Source of the DNA: Paragordius varius
Lineage: Eukaryota > Animalia > Nematomorpha
Length of the DNA: 64,000 nt
Assembly: GCA_964247055.1 (NCBI GenBank)
Contig: OZ176053.1
Coordinates: forward strand, 10,478,001 to 10,542,000
Direction: 5' to 3'
Of this stretch, positions 54,555 to 64,000 are shown one piece after another (position 1 is the stretch's first letter; the number at the start of each line of letters is the position of its first letter). The position numbers were made by a program, and so were the translations under genes. The notes under the pieces were generated by a model, which was not told the DNA's origin, did not search any database, and saw only the letters and a list, made by a program, of their open reading frames with translations.

Positions 54555-55584
54555 TCAATGCATTTTTATCATTTGGCATTCATTTAATGTTTTTTTTATG
54601 ATATATGGATAGTTACATTTATTTATCTGTGTGCTTTGATATGAATGCTTTACACAAAGATAGCTAGCTATAAATAAATTTATATATATCTTTATAATAT
54701 ATGGGAATTACATGTAAAAAATATTTAACAATTACGCTGAATTTAATTGAAAACCAACATATTCCTAGAAACTAGTATCACTCATTAGTCTGATTTAAAT
54801 ATGTCACTTGTAGTTTTAATTTATAATTGTGAAAATAATTATATAATGTTACTATTTCATAATTAATATGTTAGAAAATTACGTAAAGATAATCACCCTA
54901 AAGCTATTAAAAGAGAGATATATAATATTTTTGAAATAATGAATACATAATGAAATATTGTCGTAATATTTTTATCATAAGATAATTCGACATCTTATTT
55001 ATTCATACATTTATATATAATCTACATTTCGTTTGTTTAAACCGCCTTAATTTCTTATTTTTATTATGCAAGCTGTTTCGTATACCCCTAAGGGATTTAT
55101 GTAATTTTGAGCGATTTTATAACCCACAAGAGCTTGATTGAAGAGGAGACACTATATATTTCGGAGATTGCATCACAATATACAATCATATAATTAATTA
55201 ACATAATATAGTTACGAACAATGATATAACTATACTATAATTTTGATCTTTTTTCAAGGATGATTCGCCAATTATCTTAAAGCGCAAAAATTTTATTTCT
55301 AATACTTTATTTCGCCTTGTAATTTTTTTCCCTCTAAACTGATTTTTGTTGTAACCACACCAAACAACATAGCAAATGTCATCGCTAATTTACATAATTA
55401 ACGCATTAACATGACCATAAATATATTATCCATCCGACCAAAATCGTAAACAAACATAAAACAATTTTCGAATAATTTTTTATCAATACATGCACAACAA
55501 AAACTTTTAATTGATTTACAAAACCTGTAAAATTTGCTTTTCTTATTGGTTCTCAATTATACTCTCCTTTAATTACTATATAAA

Positions 55585-58500
55585 ATGTCTGCTAAACAAA
55601 GAAAACACAATGTAACTAATCCAATCGGCAACATTGACTCTAAAAGCTTGGAAGCCGCCCAATCTGTGGAAAATTCTCCTTCGTCTTTATCGATTCCGAA
55701 TTCCTCGAATGCTGTTAGCCTTGCAAAAACTATCACATTAACTGATGCCATAGCTTTGATAGTTGGAACACTCATAGGGTCTGGTATTTTCATAACACCA
55801 TCGGCTTGTTTAATTCAAAGTGGTAGTGTAGGAGCCTCCTTACTTGTTTGGCTCGTTTCGGGCCTTTTTTCTTTGTTGGGGGCGTTGAGTTTTGCCGAAC
55901 TGGGGACTACTATAACGCATAATGGTGGAGAATATTCTTACATACTTTCATCTTTTGGTCATTTACCAGCTTTCCTGTATTCCTGGGTCAATGTCTTGAT
56001 CATTCGACCCGTGATTATAGCAATTGTTATTCTAAGTTTTGGATATTATCTCTACCATCCACTGAGATTACTTTCACCCGGAATGCGCTACGCTGAAAGT
56101 TCCACGACGACGACTATAGAAGGTGCCAAAGGTGCAATGAATATGCTAATAACTTCTTGTACTCAATCTGGCTCCCAAACTATTATTCGGTTAATTGGAA
56201 TGTTAGGACTGGGTAAGAGTGTTAATATGTTTTAAAAAATTGGTAAAATCGTGCATATAATAGGGGATTCGCACCGAAACTGTTTTTGTATCGAATCCGT
56301 TTACTATTTTTATATTTATCCGGTGATATTTTTTAAAAAAACAATTTAAAAGGGAACGGTTCTGGTTACAAACTATGTTTGGTGTATGTCTTTGTGAATA
56401 ATTAAGATAGCCAATTAATTTTGATACAGTGGAAATAAAAAACAGAAAAAATATTAACCTAACTAAAAATACCGTTTATGAAAGATAAAAATATGTCAAT
56501 AATTTAATTACTATCACAGTATTTTGTATTATAGCCAAATTAGGTGTAAATTTAACAAATTACAGTGATCATGATTTGATACCGTTTGACTTAGTGTTTA
56601 AAAAGCTTTACGGCGTTTATACAACCTTATACATCAGTTGTCGACAAAAGGTGCACTACCCTTGGTCATCAATTAATTTAGGCATTAAAGTAAGATAATT
56701 ACTTAAAATCCGTTTATTTCACATGCTATAACCAGAGTCCAACATCCGGCCCTTCAAGATATTATGTACGGCCAGCAATCGTAAAATACCTAAATATAAA
56801 TTCTAGAATTTAACAAATTGCACACAGAATCTTAGTAAAATTGTTATTTGAACAAATTTTCTGAATAAATCATTCTAATTGGCGAGAAACTAGCATATAA
56901 ATAGTAGTTATATTTTTTGCGAATATTATCACAGTCTTATGTTAAATATCTAATAAAATATTTTTAATGCCCCTATATTTTGAAATGCGGCCTGCCGGTT
57001 TTTTCGAGCCAAAAATGCGGTCAGCGAAGCCATTTTGTGTTAGACAGCCCTGACTTAAACATAGTATTTGTTTTCACTTGTTTGCACAAAAAGAATTTAA
57101 ATACTCAACGCCATGGCGCATTGAATCAGACATTTGGGGAATGAGTCGGCTCTAGTGCATTTTCATTAATGACTGAAATATATCTTATGGCTCAAAAGTT
57201 AAAAGGGAGGACTCAATAAATTTTTATAACTTAAAAATGGGTAGAAAATATTTTATTATATATATGTGTGTAACAAAGATAGAATAATTAATTATTTTTT
57301 CATAAGCTTGTCAGCAGTCGAAAATTAGGGGAATTAAATATACCCTAATTATAAACATATAATTCGGCATAGCTAATTTTGGGAATAGTTTTTAATTTTT
57401 TAAAATACGAGAAAAACGAGTAATAATTAAGTTTTCTTGTTTTTAAGCCATTTGTATTTACTGTAATCTTGCAATATTTTGATGAAGTCTGGAAAAATGG
57501 CTCTAAAATTAAAAATTCTCGTAGTACATTCCTTAAAAATGTATATTAACTATATATTGGGCGGGAGTTGCATTCTAATTTTGATTTTGAGTAGGGCGTA
57601 TATAACTTAAAGCTTGGAAATTACTGCCAAACATTATTCAAAAATCTCAACTATCAAATGCTTTAATTTTATTTTTTGAAGGAATACTCTTATTCATCAA
57701 CTGTTTCAGTGTAAAATTCGCTACCCGGTTTCAAATTGTGTTAACATTCGCCAAAGTGTTTGCCCTACTTGTCATAATCCTGATTGGATTTTTGCAATTT
57801 TACAAAGGTAGGTCAGTTTAATCTCATTATTGTTTATATATATGAGTATGATTTTTAAAATAAAATAAATATATTAATTTTTTAAAAAAAATAAAAATAC
57901 ATAAATACGGACAAAAGGTAAAAATATTAGATATAATTTTTTAAATTTTAAAATTGCAAAGCATAAAATAGGAAGATGATTGGTAAAACAATTCATTAGG
58001 AATATAACATTTTATAATTCATCTATAAGTTCTAAAAAAGTATGGTTGTTTTTTTGAAAAAAATCATATTTGTCTTTATGTTTTAGGTTTTGTCTGTTAT
58101 CATTTTAAATTAATAAAAAATAAAAATTATTTCTAAGGATTATTTATAAAATTATATGTTAAGCGACACAATATATTATTATGTTACTCTAAATAATTTT
58201 TTCTGCCATATTTTGAACAGGAAAGTTTCAAAATTTCCATGATCCGTTCAAAGGTACAAAAAATATTAAATCATTATCCTTGGCATTTTACGCGGGTCTC
58301 TTCACTTACGGTGGATGGTAATATTTTATAATTTTTACTTGATTATTCACTACTTAAAAAAAGATTTTTATATAAATGATTTAATTTTTTTATACTCTTC
58401 CAGGCCTAATCTCAACAGCGTAACCGGGGAAATGAAAAATGTCAAACGCGACCTACCCCTCTCCATTATAATTGGGATTCCTATTGTCATTGTTATATAC

Positions 58501-59523
58501 ATTCTAACGAATGTCGCATATTTGACAGTTTTAACGCCAAAAGAATTGATAACGTCCACAGCAGTTGCTTTTGTAAATATATTTATACTTTAAGGCATCT
58601 TCTCTTTAAATTTGATTATTTATGTAGAAATATTTTTGCATTTTCTTTTAAGTTTTTACATAACTATGATCCTAATAATTTTTGATATATATTAGGATTT
58701 TTCAGCTCAGATAAACCCGTACCTTGCATTAATCATGCCAATTTTTGTGGCATTCTCTGCATTTGGGAGCGCTAACGCCCTTCTTTTTACTACTGGAAGG
58801 TAGGATGATTAATTATTATAAATACAACCTTTATTACTAAAGTCAAAGTTGTTTTTTTGCTTAAATCCTATTTTTGGACTGATAATTACTTAAAATCTTT
58901 TATTTGGATTTATTTTAAAATATGTGGTATAGCTATATATATGTATATATATATATATATATATTATTTGCACTTCCAGTTGGTCCTTGAACAGTTCAAG
59001 TTGGTCATTGAACACTTTTGGTCGTTAAAATTTTTAAATTTTAAAATAACCATAATTTTTGCGTTTATTTTTTATTTTATATTTTTTAACCTAATTTTCT
59101 TTATTTGTTATAAATTTATTCATTAAAAAATAAAAAATTTTATTCAAAAACCACTTTTTATTTCAAACTTATTTTTTATTTAACAAAATTATATTAACTT
59201 TTAAATATTTTCAATAAAAAAAATGTAATTATAACCCATAAAACTTATATATATTTTAATTTGAAATCTTATAAATATCCAAAATAATTTTTAGATATTA
59301 ATAAATATATACGGTTTCTCAATGATTAAAAGTTATTGTTTTAAAATTTATGCTAAATAATAAAAATAGGTTAAAAACGATAAAATAGATGAATAATATA
59401 CGATTTGATTGATAAAAGTTAAAAACAAAACAAAAAAGTCAAGCAAACTTGAAGTGTTCAAGAACCAACTTTAAGTGTTTAAGGACCAACATGAAGTGTT
59501 CAAGGACACTCTTGAAGTGCAAA

Positions 59524-59573
<50 letters not shown>

Positions 59574-61096
59574 TAATTTTTTAATTCCCTTATTAGAATA
59601 TTTTTGATGAGCGCCAGTAATGCACATTTACCGCTTTATTTTGCCATGATACATATTGATCGTCTAACACCCATTCCATCTATTATCATACAGGTTTATT
59701 TCTAATTTCCTTTTTGCATAAATGGTGTTTTTGGGTTCAAAAATTTTTTTGATTGATTATATCAAACATAAATGTTTTAGGTATCAATTAAACTAAGAGA
59801 AAAAGTAGGTTATATTGATCAAACAAATTTTTTTGACACAACCTTAAAGCAGTTTTTTCTGAATTTCTAATCATACATTTTTATGTAGGGATTGATATCC
59901 TTAATCTACATTTTCACGCAAGAGATTAACGTTTTGATCAATTTTATGAGCTTTATGTCCTACTTCTTTACTACCATGTGTGTCGTTGGTTTACTCTACC
60001 TTCGATGGAAATATCCCCAATTGTCCAGACCTATTCGAGTAATTATCTAAGGCAGAGGTGTTCAACACGCGGTCCTCCAAACTATTTTCTTGGCCCGCGA
60101 GAAATTTCAAATCAAATTTTTAGGGAATCTAAGAAATTATTTTTTTTAACAATTTTTTTTTGATAAATATTTCCGAATTTTGGCATGAACTAGCGAAAAA
60201 TGGTAAAATATATAGTTGTTTTTACAGTTTTATGTCTAAAATCTAATATAATATCAGTTAATGCCCATTAGTTTCCCAAATGGTGCCCGCGAAGCCATTT
60301 ATGTTGGACACCTCTGATCTAAGGCATTTACAATGATAATATATGACTTCTATTGAATAAATTTAAATGTTCTGTTATATAGTTTCCTATATTAATACAC
60401 ATCACATTCATCGCCGTTTCGATTTTTGTTTTGGTGACTTCACTTGTTTCCTCATACCGCGACATTGGAATGGGATTGATTGTTATGGTGTCGGGTAAGT
60501 ACACAACTCTTAGAATCATTTTTTACAATATAGTAGCACTCTTCTCCTAATATTTATATATAACACCTCAAATTCACCGTTGAACAATTCAAATTTACGT
60601 TTAAAAATTTAAATTCACCTGAAAATGAATATGTTTTTGGATATCAAAATTATATTTGTTAATATTTTTTAAGAATAAAACCACGTTTATTAAGATAATA
60701 ATAAACTATGCCATGTGGCAATATTTCATTTAATGATTAGCCTGAAAACCCATGATTTATTTTTGGGTGATTATGAAACGGGGTGAATTTGAATTGTTTA
60801 AGGGTGAAAGCCATCTATCTATATACATATATCATTATAGGTATACCCGTTTACTATGCGATAATTGACAAAAAGCTGACACCTAAATCCATTACTACAT
60901 TGATTGGTTAGTGTTTTTCGACTTTTAAAAATATGCTATCTATAAAAATAATTTTTACTTTATTTTTTATATAGATAAGATAACAGTCAAATTACAATAC
61001 ATAACATATGTAGTCCTTCCTGATTTTGAAGATATCAAAACATTGGAAGAACAAAATTCTTCTTTACAATTGGCTGAAGAAGCAAGCAAATTGTGA
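55585..61096 (+). CDS. SLC7/LAT-family heteromeric amino-acid transporter light chain, 556 aa, 10 exons
   Basis: Exons 55585-56212, 57682-57807, 58221-58317, 58404-58572, 58696-58799, 59597-59693, 59889-60038, 60383-60494, 60841-60906, 60975-61096 (1671 nt). Motifs IVGTLIGSGIFITP, GALSFAELGT..GGEYSYI, AFYAGLFTYGGW, VTGEMKN..RDLP, SAFGSAN, LTPIPS, LRWKYPQLSRPIR, GIPVYY. Paralogue not assignable by eye. Confidence 0.93.
56733..57052. mobile_element. Degenerate hAT (Charlie-like) MITE in SLC7 intron 1
   Basis: cagagtccaacatccggccc left end; gcggcctgccgg..cgaagccatttt..gttagacagccctg right end; no clean TSD. Confidence 0.45.
58966..59524. mobile_element. Fold-back element with ~19-bp subrepeats (ccttgaacacttcaagttggt) bounded by (TA)n tracts
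   Basis: TIR atttgcactt / aagtgcaaat, repeated subterminal units in inverted orientation, (TA)n immediately outside both ends. Confidence 0.6.
60053..60316. mobile_element. hAT (Charlie-like) MITE, 264 bp, with perfect 8-bp TSD, in SLC7 intron 7
   Basis: TIRs CAGAGGTGTTCAACA / TGTTGGACACCTCTG; TSD ATCTAAGG at 60045-60052 and 60317-60324. Confidence 0.9.
60560..60810. mobile_element. Fold-back/MITE of the aattcacccttgaac family in SLC7 intron 8
   Basis: caaattcaccgttgaacaattcaaat ... ggtgaatttgaattgtttaagggtga inverted arms; interior shared with 14737-14975. Confidence 0.6.
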
Positions 61097-63629
61097 TAAA
61101 TTTACATATAAACATTTTTTATGTACAAGTAGATGTATAGTTGTTCAAATAAATTTAGATATATATAATTGATAAAATGGTTTTGTATGGATATATAACA
61201 AAATACAGTTATAATTGTTGATGCATAATAAATTCTTTAAAAAATAGCTGTTTTAGGTTTAACCAGGTAAATGTAAAACGAGTTTTATAAACGTATTTGA
61301 CCTTCTTAAATAGCCTTTTAATTAGATAAACGCCTTTCGAGTGCTTCAAGAATAGGCAAAATTTTAATATCCATAATAATTGGATACAAGCTTTAATAGA
61401 AAATGTATAATGATTGAAAAAATTATTGCAATTTTATGCTTTTAACGCTGGAGTTGAGCCGTCCTTGAAATAATTCGGTGATCTATTAAAATTTTATTGT
61501 ATTTTGCATGATAATTTATTTTAATTAATAATGGAATTAAATTCAGCAATAATCGAGTTTATTTACATTTCAATTACCACAAGTAATCTTTGTCAAATGT
61601 AAAAATAAAACTAATATAACTAAAAATAATTTGGATGTTTTCAACGTAATTTTATTTTTTAATAACGATGATATTGGATTCAAAGACCTAAATTATCTGA
61701 TTTGTAAGGCGCAATATTCCGTTTTTTTTAAAAATAATATAAAATTGTAAACAATATTCCGGCAAATATTTTTATTTTTAATTAAATAGCTTAAAAACTG
61801 GTTGCCATAAATTGGAAACTAGTTAACTATTTCATCCCTTGAACATTTTAAAATCAACCCATAAACATTTAAAACCCTTACGGCATCGAATTCATTATTA
61901 AACATTTATAAATGCTGTAAAATAACTAATTACCCTTTGTTTTAAAATTTATCATTTTAATTTTTTAAATATAATAAAAATAAGAAGGCCCCAAAAATAC
62001 CTTTTAGATATTTTTGTGATAAAATTTTTCAACTAACAAACTAGAGTGGAAAAACAAAAAAATTGGTAATTATTTCAAAAAATGTTTGAATTCCAATTGC
62101 GATTTCAACCTCACCAAATATAATTTACTTCACAGTGTGAAAAAATGAGGGTTACTTTCATATTCAAGAAAGCTACTGCTAAAGTTTTATATGCAATCAA
62201 ATTTCTTTTGCGTTGCACCGCTAACTTTGGAAAATTTGAAACGAGGAAATGAGCAAATCCAAAATTTATGATAATTTAATAAAACTAACTCAAAATTTCA
62301 TATTATATAAATATTTAAATATTGATAAATGGAAATTGCTTGATCACTTATATAGTTCAAATAGTGTTTAAAAATTACAGTATTTTATTTTTTTTAAAAA
62401 AATAGCCATTTAAACTTAACATTAGCGAAAAAACCGGTAAAAATGCATTCCGGTCTCTATATTAAAGAAAAGAAATGCATTAAAATATGACAAAATTAAT
62501 TAAAAAAATTACAAAAAGAATGTTTGAACAACCGGTTATTTAACCAGGTTAGTTTATAAACAGATTATGGTTGCTTGATTACACTAGACCACAAATTTTT
62601 TCGTCACTCGAGTTTTATGCATTTTCTGATATTTATTATCATTTTAACAGTAAATCTGAGATAAAAATTATAATTCCATCTAAGATATTTGTATAATTTG
62701 TTTTTTATGATTATGCGCCCTCTTTATAAATTTACTAAAAAAAATGTTTTTCCTTGAAAATATACAACAAATGCCCATTTGTAATATATCATTCGAAAGT
62801 GTATTATAAACTCTATAAAACGCATACAAATATGTTTTACATCATAATTAATATTGGAGAAAGTGAAAAACCGGCGAAGCGAGAGCGTTTTTGTCAAAAA
62901 ATATATTTTTACTACCAATGGATGAAAATAACTCAAACTTTGTATAGATGGCAATGAATGTCGAAACACTAATTTATTGCTTTTATATCATTCAAAACAG
63001 CCATTTTTAATTTTGTGTTTTTTAAAAAATACCATCCCATTTATATTAATTATTTTCTTTGGAAAGCTTATAATTTCAAAATTTTAAAGACTACAAATAC
63101 AATTTATGGTATATTAGTGTTATAGCCATAATGTAATAAATTTATAGTAATAACTCTGCATTTTACTATCCAGTAGGTAAAATAATTATGATAATAATAA
63201 TTTTAAAGCAAACCAAAAGCTTTAAAAATTTTTCAAAATAAAATACTAATGTAATCGTAATATTTATATTAAAATAATTTACATGATTTTTAAATTAGTT
63301 TGTCTATGCAAATTTTTGACTTAAAAATTTTGACCATATAAAGCAAATAACTTTTACATCAGGTTGACTAAATGACTTATTACCATTCAAAAGATTCAAC
63401 TTTTTGCGCTCTTTCGAATGATGGCTCTATCTGAAACTTTTAATTTAATAATTTTGAATTTAATGTTAAATCGGGCCCAAATATTTTAAATAGTAATAAT
63501 ATAAAATTCTTAGGTTTTAAACCATTTTTTTTCAGATAAACTTATTGCCTTAATGAAATAAATTTTAAATTCACAAGAATGGCACTTTAAAAAAGCCAAA
63601 ATTTATTGCCTATTGTAATGTTACAAACA

Positions 63630-63885
63630 GGTTGATGGATGGATAATTTTAGGATTCCATATTCGGAATTTTATATCCATGAAGTAGCTTCCTCCATAAA
63701 CTACGATCTTTACATTGTTCTGTGGAAAGGCTACGTTGATTCAAGTCCATTTTTATATTATCATTATAAGAAAAGAGTGGTCGTCCCTTTCTTCTATTGC
63801 CATCAACATTAATGTTTTCAACAGTTTTTAACGGATGGGTGGCGTCTCTTCTCTGAGTATGACCGTATAGACGCAATCTGTTAGT
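63630..63885 (-). mobile_element. 3' end of an RTE-like non-LTR retrotransposon (5'-truncated)
   Basis: ORF 63649-63876 with upstream residues reads NRLRLYGHTQRR...V.GNRRKGRP..SYNDNIK.DL......CKDRSLWR. This matches the C-terminal RL.W(Y)GH..R...G.R.RGRP...W.D...DR..W pattern of RTE ORFs, and short tccatcca repeats follow. Confidence 0.7.
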
Positions 63886-64000
63886 TTGAATTATATAATC
63901 GATTTTATCGTTTTCTTTAATGAAAATTGGTATTTCTGGTGTACGAAAGCAGCTTTTGAGTATTCGATTCTCACTGGTTAGGAGTTTTGTTTGATTTGTT

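Noticed and set aside
59439-59627. YIYIYI-type ORFs (also 37062-37256, 58857-59126)
   Set aside because: Translations of (TA)n microsatellites.

Overview
Very AT-rich eukaryotic, animal-type genomic DNA with spliceosomal GT-AG introns. It is not prokaryotic, and no CRISPR array or rRNA was seen. I reconstructed six spliced genes by hand, and in each the exon phases join into one open frame: (1) an orphan Asn/Lys/Ser/Thr-rich gene of about 1030 aa (12757-18665 +); (2) a secreted CAP/CRISP-like gene with a ShKT-like tail (23920-37440 +); (3) PDE6D (45682-46222 +); (4) a much enlarged TFIIE-alpha/GTF2E1 (51030-46356 -); (5) IDH3B (51071-54554 +); (6) an SLC7/LAT-type amino-acid transporter (55585-61096 +). 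The dominant structure is a non-autonomous Helitron-type family (A|TC...hairpin-CTAG|T). A 7.6-kb copy sits in the last intron of the CRISP-like gene and is a three-level tandem array (~0.5 kb / ~1.05 kb / 2109 bp) whose repeat unit contains the element's own 5' terminus. A 1.3-kb complete copy and an inverted truncated copy lie tail-to-tail at 5.3-8.0 kb. Other notable points: seven introns of only 22-29 nt, two housekeeping start codons 40 bp apart head-to-head, hAT MITEs with perfect 8-bp TSDs, and the 3' end of an RTE-like LINE. Most short ORFs in the supplied track are artefacts of repeats. All protein identifications are from remembered family motifs; no database search was run.
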